From sequence record OP870143.1: 64,000 nucleotides of DNA, one strand, 5' to 3'. Below the pieces are notes generated by a model. That model had not been told where the DNA came from, did not search any database, and saw only the letters and a program-made list of their open reading frames with translations. The stretch is from Escherichia phage vB_Eco_F22. A program made the translations under genes and the position numbers. Below are positions 27,064 to 35,476 of the stretch, in pieces; position 1 is the stretch's first letter, and each line of letters opens with the position of its first letter.

Positions 27064-28021
27064 TGTCTCATTGGCTCTGGCTGTATGGCTATTACATGAC
27101 GAGTATGATTACGTAGACAATCCTAAGTACCTGTCTGCTACCACATTGCTTAAACCTATTAAGCAAATCGTCATGAAGCATCGTGTAGATTTTAGTGACC
27201 AGTCCATTGATGTTATGGATTTCGTATCCACATCAATGGGTACTGGCTTACATGACTCTATAGAGAAAGCCTGGAAGCTGGGCCATAAGACTGCATTGAA
27301 GAAGCTAGGTTATCCTCAGCGAGTAATTGATGCAGTAGTCATTAACCCAACCAAAGCAGACTTTGCTGCTAATCCTGACCTTATCCCAATCTACATTGAA
27401 CAACGTGGAACCAAACAGGTTAAGGGATGGACTATTGGTGGTAAGTTCGACATCGTAACGGAAGGTCTGCTGCAAGACTTCAAGTCTACCTCAACCTATT
27501 CCTGGGTTGCTGGTTCCCGTGATGATGAACACAAGATGCAAGGCAGCTTGTATCGTTGGATTCACAACGACATCATTACTGAGGATGTAATTCGTATTAA
27601 CTACATCTTCACCGACTTCATGAAACACATGGCTAACAGCAATCCGAACTATCCTGCTAATCGCATTATGCATAAGGATATTCCATTGCTATCTGTCGAG
27701 AAGACTGAGCGTTGGGTAGAGGAGAAGATTCACTTAATTGAAAAGTACTGGGATGCACCTGAAGAGGAAATCCCTGAATGTACTGACGAGGAGTTGTGGC
27801 GAACAGAGCCACAGTTCAAATACTTCTCTGATGCTTCTAAGGTAGATGTACCTGGAGCCAGAAGTACCAAAAACTTTGACGATATGGCATCTGCCCGTAT
27901 CTTCATGGCTGAAAAAGGTGGCAAGGGTGCTATCAAGGTCGTGGAGGGACAGGTTAAAAGATGTCTTTACTGTCCTGTCGCATCTATTTGCAAACAAAGA
28001 GAGAGATATTTTCCATCATGA
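27041..28021 (+). CDS. PD-(D/E)XK nuclease, Cas4/RecB-like, with C-terminal Cys cluster
   Basis: GKFDIVTEG...QDFKS nuclease core; C-terminal CLYCPVASIC (C-x2-C-x5-C) plus an upstream Cys, consistent with an Fe-S nuclease. Confidence 0.55.
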   Translation: MKITNNHDVSLALAVWLLHDEYDYVDNPKYLSATTLLKPIKQIVMKHRVDFSDQSIDVMDFVSTSMGTGLHDSIEKAWKLGHKTALKKLGYPQRVIDAVVINPTKADFAANPDLIPIYIEQRGTKQVKGWTIGGKFDIVTEGLLQDFKSTSTYSWVAGSRDDEHKMQGSLYRWIHNDIITEDVIRINYIFTDFMKHMANSNPNYPANRIMHKDIPLLSVEKTERWVEEKIHLIEKYWDAPEEEIPECTDEELWRTEPQFKYFSDASKVDVPGARSTKNFDDMASARIFMAEKGGKGAIKVVEGQVKRCLYCPVASICKQRERYFPS

Positions 28022-30171
28022 GTATTGACCTTACCGGAGTAGTGCACCATCCAGCGATTGAAGAAATCGTAGATGTGCTCTGCAATAAAACCCAGAATAA
28101 CGACCGGGGATTCTTCCGTGTCGAAGTAGCCTACTTCTTGGCTAAAATGGCATCCTGCATGGGTGCAACCATCGTAACTAAAGACCGTGGTGACCTGCCG
28201 GTAAACATCTACGCTATGGCGTTGGCTACATCTGGTTTCGGTAAAGGTCACTCGGTAAATATCATTGAAGACGGGTTCATGACTGGCTTCCGTAAACGTT
28301 TTATGGAAGACACCATGCCCGTCATTGCAAATGACCGTTTATGGAAGATTGCTAACGAACGTGCTGCTCGTCAGGGTACGGACCAGAATGATGAGTTTGA
28401 TAAAGTCGAAGCAGAGTATAAACGTGCTGGGGCATTCCCATTCACATTCGACTCTGGTACAGCACCTGCTGTAAAACAACTTCGTCACAAACTACTTATG
28501 GCTGGTTGTGGTGCTATTAACCTACAGATTGATGAGATTGGTTCCAACCTCATTGCCAACGTTGAAGTACTTAACCTGTTCCTTGAGTTGTATGACCAGG
28601 GGAAAGTAAAACAGAAGTTAACCAAGAACACTGCTGAAAGTATTCGTGGTGAAGAACTGGATGGTAAGACTCCTGCTAACCTGCTGCTGTTCGGTACTCC
28701 GAGTAAGCTGCTGGATGGTGGGCAGACTGAAGACCAGTTCTATGACTTCCTCGATACAGGGTATGCACGTCGTTGTCTGTTTGCGATTGGACACTTAGAC
28801 AAGCGAGCACATGCAACGCTGACCCCGGAAGAAATCTACCGTAACCTGATTAAGCAGGATAACGTTCAATCTCTTGGTAAGTGGGCTAACCACTTCCATA
28901 GTCTGGCTGACCCAAACCTGTTTGGCTTTAAGATGATTGTGGAAGATGCAGTGGGTATTGCTTTAATTACTTACAAAATTGATTGTGAGAAAAAAGCAGA
29001 AGCTATGGCTGACCACGAAGAAATTCGTAAGGCTGAAATCTCTCACCGTTACTTTAAGGCTCTTAAGCTGGCAGGTGCACTGGCGTTTGTTGACCAGAGT
29101 TCATTCATTGAGATGTCTCACCTTAAACAAGCAATCCTGCTCGTAGAAGAATCCGGGGCAGCATTCCAGGGTATTCTCAATCGCGAGAAAGCCTATGTGA
29201 AGCTGGCTAAGTACATTGCCTCCGTAGGTAAGGAAGTGACACATGCTGACTTGCTGGAGTCATTACCATTCTATAAGAGTGGTAATGCAGCTCGTAATGA
29301 GATGATGACTCTTGCTACAGCATGGGGTTACAAACAGCACATCATTATTAAGAAGACCTTCAATGAAGGTATTGAGTTCTTCCGTGGTGAGACTCTGAAA
29401 GAGACTGATACCAATGAGATGATAGTGGCATATAGTGATAGCTTTGCTTATGACTATGTTGGTGAACGTGTACCGTTTGACCAATTACATGTATTAACCC
29501 AAGCTCCCGGTATGCACTGGGTGAACCATCACATGAAGAATGGACATCGTTCTGAAGAGAACGTTATTCCAGGATTTAACATGATTGTTATTGACTGTGA
29601 TGGTGGAGTACCTCTGCATACGTGCCATGAACTGATGAAGGAATATAAGTTCATGACCTATACCACTAAGCGTCACACCGACGAAGAGAACCGCTTCCGT
29701 CTGATTATTCCAATGAACTATGAGTTACACCTCGACACTGAGGAATACAAAGAGTTCATGAATAACGTTATGGCTTGGCTACCATTTGAAACGGATGAGT
29801 CTGCTAACCAACGAGCCAAGAAGTGGATGTCCTGTGAGACTGGTTCCTATCATTACAACCTTGATGCAAATCTGTTGGATGTACGTGACTTTATTCCTCG
29901 TACCAGTAAGAACGAGCAGTTCCAGAACCAGATGAAGGAAGTTCAGTCGTTAGACAATCTGGAGCGTTGGTTCGCTGGTCGTATTGCCTCCGGTAATCGT
30001 AATAATCAAATGATTAAGTACGCACTGGCATTAGTAGACAGTGGTTGGGACTTTGCTCAAGTACAGCAAGCCGTCTACTCATTCAATAAGAAACTGGCTA
30101 ATCCATTACCAGATGATGAATTGAATTCAACCGTAATGGTCACCGTGGCTAAACGCTTCGCTGGCAAGTAA
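28018..30171 (+). CDS. DNA primase / primase-polymerase-type replication protein with PriCT-like C-terminus
   Basis: 717 aa from the ATGA-overlap start (track ORF begins 27961); VIDCDGG and a C-terminal PriCT-like segment; replication-module position. Confidence 0.5.
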   Translation: MSIDLTGVVHHPAIEEIVDVLCNKTQNNDRGFFRVEVAYFLAKMASCMGATIVTKDRGDLPVNIYAMALATSGFGKGHSVNIIEDGFMTGFRKRFMEDTMPVIANDRLWKIANERAARQGTDQNDEFDKVEAEYKRAGAFPFTFDSGTAPAVKQLRHKLLMAGCGAINLQIDEIGSNLIANVEVLNLFLELYDQGKVKQKLTKNTAESIRGEELDGKTPANLLLFGTPSKLLDGGQTEDQFYDFLDTGYARRCLFAIGHLDKRAHATLTPEEIYRNLIKQDNVQSLGKWANHFHSLADPNLFGFKMIVEDAVGIALITYKIDCEKKAEAMADHEEIRKAEISHRYFKALKLAGALAFVDQSSFIEMSHLKQAILLVEESGAAFQGILNREKAYVKLAKYIASVGKEVTHADLLESLPFYKSGNAARNEMMTLATAWGYKQHIIIKKTFNEGIEFFRGETLKETDTNEMIVAYSDSFAYDYVGERVPFDQLHVLTQAPGMHWVNHHMKNGHRSEENVIPGFNMIVIDCDGGVPLHTCHELMKEYKFMTYTTKRHTDEENRFRLIIPMNYELHLDTEEYKEFMNNVMAWLPFETDESANQRAKKWMSCETGSYHYNLDANLLDVRDFIPRTSKNEQFQNQMKEVQSLDNLERWFAGRIASGNRNNQMIKYALALVDSGWDFAQVQQAVYSFNKKLANPLPDDELNSTVMVTVAKRFAGK

Positions 30172-30227
30172 GCAAACAGGAGTCTTTCTTTGGTTTGAAG
30201 GACTCCTAAACTAAACGAGGAAAAATA

Positions 30228-30980
30228 ATGTCCGAAGAAATCTCCAACGATATGAACACTCAGCTAATCCTGATTGCAGGATTCTCAGCAAGTGGTAAAT
30301 CAGCATCGCTGCGTAATATCCGGAACCAGGAACGCTGGCTGTATCTGAATACAGAAGCAGGCAAGCGTCTACCTTTTCGTAATAAATTCAACACCTACAA
30401 CATTGAAGACCCATATCAGATTTGGGAAGCATTTGATGTTGCATCTCCAGGTGGTGAAATGGCAGATGATGTTGATGGTATCATCATCGACTCTGCTACC
30501 TTCATGATGGACATGTTGGAATCCCAGTATGTATTGCCATCTGCTAATACTCAGAAAGCCTGGGGAGACTTTGCACAGTTCTTTAAAATACTGCTGCAAC
30601 AGAAAGTCGTTAAGTTTGGTAAGCCAGTAATTATTACTGCACATGCCAAAGATGAACTCGACGAAGCTGCTGGTGTGATGAAAACATTCATCCCAGTTAA
30701 AGGCTCCCTGAAGAACAATGGCCTTGAGGCTTACTTCTCTACAGTGGTTTACGCAGAACGTGTAGACATTAAGGAACTGGAGAAGTACGGCAACAAGATG
30801 CTTGATATTACGGAAGAAGAACGTGACTTAGGCTATAAGCACGTATTCCAGACACGTCCAACCAAGAAGTCTGTTGGTAAACGACTTCGCTCACCGATGG
30901 GTATGTTTGATAAGTCGCAGACTTACATTGATAATGATGCCCAAAAACTCTTAGACCATCTGGCTGAATACTACGCTTAA
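30228..30980 (+). CDS. P-loop ATPase (RecA-fold, Sak4-like candidate)
   Basis: Walker A GFSASGKS, Walker B IIIDSATF; 250 aa. Confidence 0.5.
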   Translation: MSEEISNDMNTQLILIAGFSASGKSASLRNIRNQERWLYLNTEAGKRLPFRNKFNTYNIEDPYQIWEAFDVASPGGEMADDVDGIIIDSATFMMDMLESQYVLPSANTQKAWGDFAQFFKILLQQKVVKFGKPVIITAHAKDELDEAAGVMKTFIPVKGSLKNNGLEAYFSTVVYAERVDIKELEKYGNKMLDITEEERDLGYKHVFQTRPTKKSVGKRLRSPMGMFDKSQTYIDNDAQKLLDHLAEYYA

Positions 30981-31020
30981 GCGTTTGCCTGGTTGTTAAT
31001 CACTTATTAGGAAAAATATT

Positions 31021-31824
31021 ATGTCACTGTTCGGTAACTTGAAAGAAAAAACCAAAAACGTTGAAGCTGCAAAAGACACTCTTGGTGGTGGTGGCTTCGG
31101 TGCTAAAGAATCTGATATCTACACTGGTACTGTAAAAGTAGCTTACGTAGGTAAAGCTGATTCTGGTGCAGACTGGATGCAGTTAATCATCGAAAACCTG
31201 AAAGGTTCTGACGGCAATGATGCTGGTGAGTTCCGTGCTCAGGTGTACTTTACTTCCGGTAATGCTAAAGGCAATAAGCCGACTTACGAGAAGAATGGTA
31301 AAGAATACTTCCTGCCTGGCTACACTGTCATTAATGACATGATGCTGATGGCTACTGGTTGTGAACTGCCAGATGCAGACTTCGAAGAGAAGATTGTTAA
31401 AGTCTATGACTTCGACCTGAAAGCTGAAACCAATAAGTCTGTCATGGTTCCAGTTGACCTGGTTGGGCAGACTGTTACCTTCGCTCTGGAAAAGGTTCTG
31501 GAAGCTAAGCAGGTTAAAGGTGACAACGGTTACGTTGACTCCGGAGAAACTCGTGAAGTAAACGAGATTCAGAAAGTATTTCACCCGGAATTGCTGGTCA
31601 CAGTCGTCGAGGCTCAGGAAGCAGAGAAGGCTGAGAAAGAACTGACCCCAGAACTGGCTGTATTCTATGCAGCATGGCTGGAAAAGAACAAAGGTAAAAC
31701 CCGTGATAAGACCAAGGGTTCTGCTGGTGGTAATGGTAAAGGTGGCCTGCCTCCTAAACCAGGTGCAGGTGCTGGCACAGGTACTACTCCTGCTGGTGGT
31801 AAATCTCTGTTCGGTAAGCGTTAA
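31021..31824 (+). CDS. Single-stranded DNA-binding protein candidate (N4 gp45-like) with Gly-rich C-terminal tail
   Basis: 267 aa; position between replication ATPase and resolvase as in N4; no OB-fold motif verified. Confidence 0.4.
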   Translation: MSLFGNLKEKTKNVEAAKDTLGGGGFGAKESDIYTGTVKVAYVGKADSGADWMQLIIENLKGSDGNDAGEFRAQVYFTSGNAKGNKPTYEKNGKEYFLPGYTVINDMMLMATGCELPDADFEEKIVKVYDFDLKAETNKSVMVPVDLVGQTVTFALEKVLEAKQVKGDNGYVDSGETREVNEIQKVFHPELLVTVVEAQEAEKAEKELTPELAVFYAAWLEKNKGKTRDKTKGSAGGNGKGGLPPKPGAGAGTGTTPAGGKSLFGKR

Positions 31825-32378
31825 TGAAAATCCCAATTGTCGGTGCAGACATTAGCCTCCGCAATTGGGGATTAGCTCGTGGGATGCTGGACATTGAGTC
31901 CGGCGTCTTCGAGCAGGTCGAACTTAAACTGGTTCAAACTGAAGTTGACCACAACAAACAAGTTCGAACCAACTCCAAAGATATACAAGCTGCCCATGAT
32001 TTGTTTCTTGGTTGTGAAGAATGGTTACGGTCTGCTAAAGCAGTATTCGTAGAAGTGCCAGTAGGCTCTCAGTCTGCTAATGGTATGAAGTCCTATGGTG
32101 TATGCGTAGGATTAATCGGTGCATTCCGTGCATTGGGTTGCCCAATCTTTGAAGTATCCCCAATTGAAAACAAACTTGCACTGGTCGGTGATAAAACTGC
32201 ATCCAAAGACACGATGATCCGTGCTGCTCATGCCATCTATCCTGAAGCCAACTGGCTCACAGATAAGAAAGGTAAACTTCTGAATAAGAATGAGCACTTA
32301 GCCGATGCAATCGGTGCAATCCACGCTGGGGTAAATCTTCCAGCTTTCCAAAATCTCATTAAATTAATAAAGGCATAA
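31824..32378 (+). CDS. RuvC-like Holliday junction resolvase
   Basis: N-terminal VGADISLRNWG, FVEVPVGSQ and HLADAIGAIHAG, matching the RuvC acidic catalytic residue spacing; 184 aa. Confidence 0.55.
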   Translation: MKIPIVGADISLRNWGLARGMLDIESGVFEQVELKLVQTEVDHNKQVRTNSKDIQAAHDLFLGCEEWLRSAKAVFVEVPVGSQSANGMKSYGVCVGLIGAFRALGCPIFEVSPIENKLALVGDKTASKDTMIRAAHAIYPEANWLTDKKGKLLNKNEHLADAIGAIHAGVNLPAFQNLIKLIKA

Positions 32379-32379
32379 T

Positions 32380-32829
32380 ATGCAAATCGTTCTGAACCAG
32401 TCTGAAGTAGAAGCTGCTATTGAAGCTTATGTAAACGAACAAGTTAATCTTGCCGGGGACATTAATATCCTGGTGAATGCAGATGGTACTGCCACCATTG
32501 GAATCAATGAAGAGGTCGGTCATAGTGATGACACTCCCCCCGTGGTAGAGAAGAAGACTCGCCGTCCTCGTAAGAATCCACAGGAAGCCAAACACCGTCC
32601 AGTAGAACCGGAACCGGCTGTTGAGGATGAAGCTGAAGAAGAGGTAAAGGAAGAAGAAACCCAGACCTCTACTGGTGGTGTGAACGAGAGTTCTACGCCG
32701 GAAGCTGAAGAAGTAGTAGCTGAACCAGAAGCACAAGAAGAAGCTGTGCAGGAGGAAGTTAAGGCAGAAGAACCAGCAGAGAAACCTGCTGCGAAGCCTT
32801 CACTGTTCGCTGGCCTGAAACGTAGTTAA
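32380..32829 (+). CDS. Hypothetical protein with highly acidic Glu/Ala/Pro-rich C-terminal half
   Basis: 149 aa; C-terminal 70 residues are mostly E/A/P/V. Confidence 0.45.
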   Translation: MQIVLNQSEVEAAIEAYVNEQVNLAGDINILVNADGTATIGINEEVGHSDDTPPVVEKKTRRPRKNPQEAKHRPVEPEPAVEDEAEEEVKEEETQTSTGGVNESSTPEAEEVVAEPEAQEEAVQEEVKAEEPAEKPAAKPSLFAGLKRS

Positions 32830-33060
32830 TCTGGTAGGTGGCTCAGAAGCTGCTGCTAGGTGTGGTAGTGTTTATAGTCCTGATGCTACTACTAGTCAGG
32901 ATTATAGACGTGTCGGCTCCATACATAGCTTTTATCATCACTGTCATTATCCTGTGGAAATGCAGTGGTAAACACGGTGGTGACAAGCCGCCAGAATAAC
33001 AACAACCGAACCAGTGGACTTTAATACTCTCCGAAGTCCATTGGTTCAACCGGGGTTGAT

Positions 33061-33231
33061 ATGAACAAATTTACTATTCACTGGCTCAATGGAAAGGTTA
33101 GTTCTTTCATGGGTGGAGAACCTGCTGAAGGAAACAAAGCATTCCACATTGATTCAGAAGGCTGCAAAATCTTAATACCATATGCTTGGTATAAAGATGG
33201 TGAAGTTGAAGCATTAAAAAAGAGTAGTTAA
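33061..33231 (+). CDS. Possible small protein (about 56 aa) upstream of the structured non-coding region
   Basis: ATG..TAA read by eye; not in the ORF track. Confidence 0.25.
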   Translation: MNKFTIHWLNGKVSSFMGGEPAEGNKAFHIDSEGCKILIPYAWYKDGEVEALKKSS

Positions 33232-33999
33232 TATCGTGAAGGGTTCTGTCAGAATCCTTTGAGATAGGAACTCCTATCATAACCTTTCTTAACTTAATCT
33301 TTGCCGTATGGCACTGACGCTAGGGGTGGCCCCCCATCCGTCAGACAGACTATTTTAAGAATGGGTTATCTCAGAAAATGTAAAGCAACATTCGGGTTAA
33401 TCAATGGCCTCTCCTATAGAGGCCATTTCTGAATCTTAGGCTATATCCCAAAGGTTAATATCTTTGGGATAAGGCTTCAGATCCCTTATCAAACTAACCG
33501 CTCAATGTTGAGCATTTTAATCACATAAGCCCCTATATGGGCTGGGTTAAATGTCGGATAGCATAGCTACCTACAGCATCGAATTGTTAGGTCTTACATG
33601 CAATATAGGGTATAAAGGGAGGACTCGTCCCCTCCCTCCTATTATGACATCCTATCAATGAGTACACTTCAAGTGGTAGGCCTGCCGCTCTTGAAATTCA
33701 TCTGCAAAGCTGGAAGTGTACTCTTTGATAGTTTTCGTAAGCGATTATGCGGTTTTTTAGAAACGAACCAATAACATAAATGCAAACGATGATGTTGTTC
33801 TGATGGCAGCCTAATAAGCCAAGCGTCAGTCAGGAGTGAGTCGTCCTGATTATCAAACGACCGTGGAGTACTCCCGTCCATGTATTAGAAACGGGGGACC
33901 AATTACCAGTTGCACGAGATGGCTTGACATGTTCAAGTTTGGACTAAGTGTGACACCGCTAGATTGGAGGGCTGCTGCGGTAAGCTATAGACTCCAACC

Positions 34000-34270
34000 G
34001 GAGGTTCGAATCCTTCACTGGTAACCAATTCAAAGTAGCACTGCATAGAACGCGAAAAGGTACAGCGACGTTAGCCATACGGTATTGTGAGGTTCGAGTC
34101 CTCACCTATGAGCAGTGACGACTGCAACAGTGCTACTCTGAATTGGAAGAATTAAGACGGGTCTGGTGAAGTAGATGGGGTTCGATTCCCCCAGGTGGAG
34201 TAATCCACTAGCGTGCTTGGTGCACGAATAAGACTTAATACTGGTGGTTCGATTCCATCCCCCGTTACCC
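34000..34270 (+). other. Four tRNA-like T-arm modules (GGTTCGAATCC, GGTTCGAGTCC, GGTTCGATTCC x2) that do not fold into canonical cloverleaves
   Basis: T-loop motifs spaced 88, 88 and 67 nt; module 1 is followed by ACTGGTA-A-CCA whose 7-nt complement TACCAGT lies about 107 nt upstream. Confidence 0.3.
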
Positions 34271-34461
34271 AAAGTCGCCAGGTACTTATGGCAAATGGGT
34301 AGTAACGAACTAGTCATTCGTCAAACGCCCACCTAATTACGAGTCAGCAAGAACGCCTTCATTTAAACTTAAACAAAAAAGCTTAACGCAATAATTATGT
34401 AGGGGTATGTAAGGATTGCGAAGAAGGAGCCAGTTAGAGCCTGGCATGACTCACCCATTAT

Positions 34462-34535
34462 GTCCACTTAGCTTAGACTGGGAAAGCAACCGACTAATAA
34501 TCGGAAGGTCACTGGTTCAAATCCAGTAGTGGACA
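34462..34535 (+). tRNA. tRNA gene (74 nt); anticodon loop CTAATAA, anticodon tentatively AAT; CCA not encoded
   Basis: Manual cloverleaf: acceptor GTCCACT/AGTGGAC (7 bp), D-stem GCTT/AAGC with GG in loop, 4-bp anticodon stem CCGA/TCGG, T-arm ACTGG-TTCAAAT-CCAGT. Confidence 0.5.
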
Positions 34536-34769
34536 CCTATTCAGCAGTAACATAGTCCTGATTGCATAGCACTCTAAAGACAACACTGGTAAGACAGTCC
34601 AGTGGCTGCTAATGTATTGTTATTCCCCTCGACGGGAATTTCGCTAGTGAAGGTAACACTTAAAAATCCAAAGCTACGTCTTACTACTATCGGGCTATCA
34701 ACCCACGGTCGCTTAACCCTATAGCGGTAGTAGTTTGACGGCCTGCCTCGTTGACTGCGTTAAAGTCAC

Positions 34770-34811
34770 TAAGTCCCTCGGAGCCGTCACTCTGGGGGAC
34801 TTTTTTATTTG
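34770..34811 (+). terminator. Intrinsic terminator closing the structured non-coding region
   Basis: Stem AAGTCCC.../...GGGGACTT with about 15-nt loop followed by TTTTTTATTT. Confidence 0.5.
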
Positions 34812-34994
34812 AGAACTACTTATTGGACGATTCATATGATTGACCTAATCTTAACACCGTATGCCTATGAGGTAACGGATAACCAAGGACGTAAGTCTTT
34901 GGTGTTTGCAGGTAGCGTAGCCTATAACAACGCAGTCATGTTTAAATACAAACTCAAACCACTCTATGAGGCTAATAATGGCAACAGTAAGTAA
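34809..34994 (+). CDS. Hypothetical small protein (61 aa; TTG start in track, ATG at 34836)
   Basis: ORF starting inside the T-run of the upstream terminator; weak RBS. Confidence 0.3.
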   Translation: MRTTYWTIHMIDLILTPYAYEVTDNQGRKSLVFAGSVAYNNAVMFKYKLKPLYEANNGNSK

Positions 34995-35358
34995 AGAATC
35001 AATCGAAGCTAAGATTAAGAGCGTCTACTATTTCAACGGTGCTGATGCAGTAAAGTCTGCCTTCGTTAACCCTTCTGCACTTCCGGCAGACGATTTGTCT
35101 AACCTGGGCCTGGTAACCTACTGTATTATCATCCTGGAAAACGGCTTCAAAGTTGAAGGTGTATCTGCCTGTGTTGACCCGACCATCTATGATGAGCAGA
35201 AAGGTCGTCAGTATGCATATGAAAACGCATTCAATAAGATTTGGGAAATAGAGGGTTACCTGCTGCGTCAGGCACTGCATGAGAAAGAGGAGACTGCTAA
35301 GGCTCTGGCTTCCTTTGCAGAAAACAACACCTGTGATGGTGGTGGTTGCACCATTTAA
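34978..35358 (+). CDS. Hypothetical protein (track ORF 34966..35358; GAGG RBS favours ATG 34978)
   Basis: ORF; terminator-like hairpin at about 35440. Confidence 0.45.
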   Translation: MATVSKESIEAKIKSVYYFNGADAVKSAFVNPSALPADDLSNLGLVTYCIIILENGFKVEGVSACVDPTIYDEQKGRQYAYENAFNKIWEIEGYLLRQALHEKEETAKALASFAENNTCDGGGCTI

Positions 35359-35476
35359 CAAACAGGTATATGGTAGTTTTTACCGAAAGGTACTGAACTA
35401 CCTGTCATGTGGTAAGGCTCTAGAAGCCAAAACAAAACAAGCCCTCCTAGTGAGGGCTTTATCATTTGAGGTAGTT

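Larger units (their letters stand above)
33233..34811 (+). ncRNA. Hairpin-dense non-coding region: candidate large structured RNA and/or degenerate tRNA cluster, ending at an intrinsic terminator
   Basis: About 1.6 kb with no convincing ORF; many 6-10 bp hairpins; five tRNA T-arm-like motifs; hairpin plus T-run at 34770..34811. Confidence 0.35.

Noticed and set aside
31183-31836. 217-aa minus-strand ORF
   Set aside because: Antisense to the SSB-like gene in a block where all supported genes are on the + strand
34000-34270. Calling the four GGTTCGA-type T-arm motifs ordinary tRNA genes
   Set aside because: I could not find D-arms, anticodon arms or correctly spaced 5' acceptor strands for any of them; reported as tRNA-like modules pending tRNAscan-SE
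33669-34317. Track ORFs 33669..33881 (-), 33836..34024 (+) and 34102..34317 (-) in the non-coding region
   Set aside because: No RBS; GTG or non-canonical starts; they overlap strong hairpins and tRNA-like modules; composition looks like structured RNA, not coding
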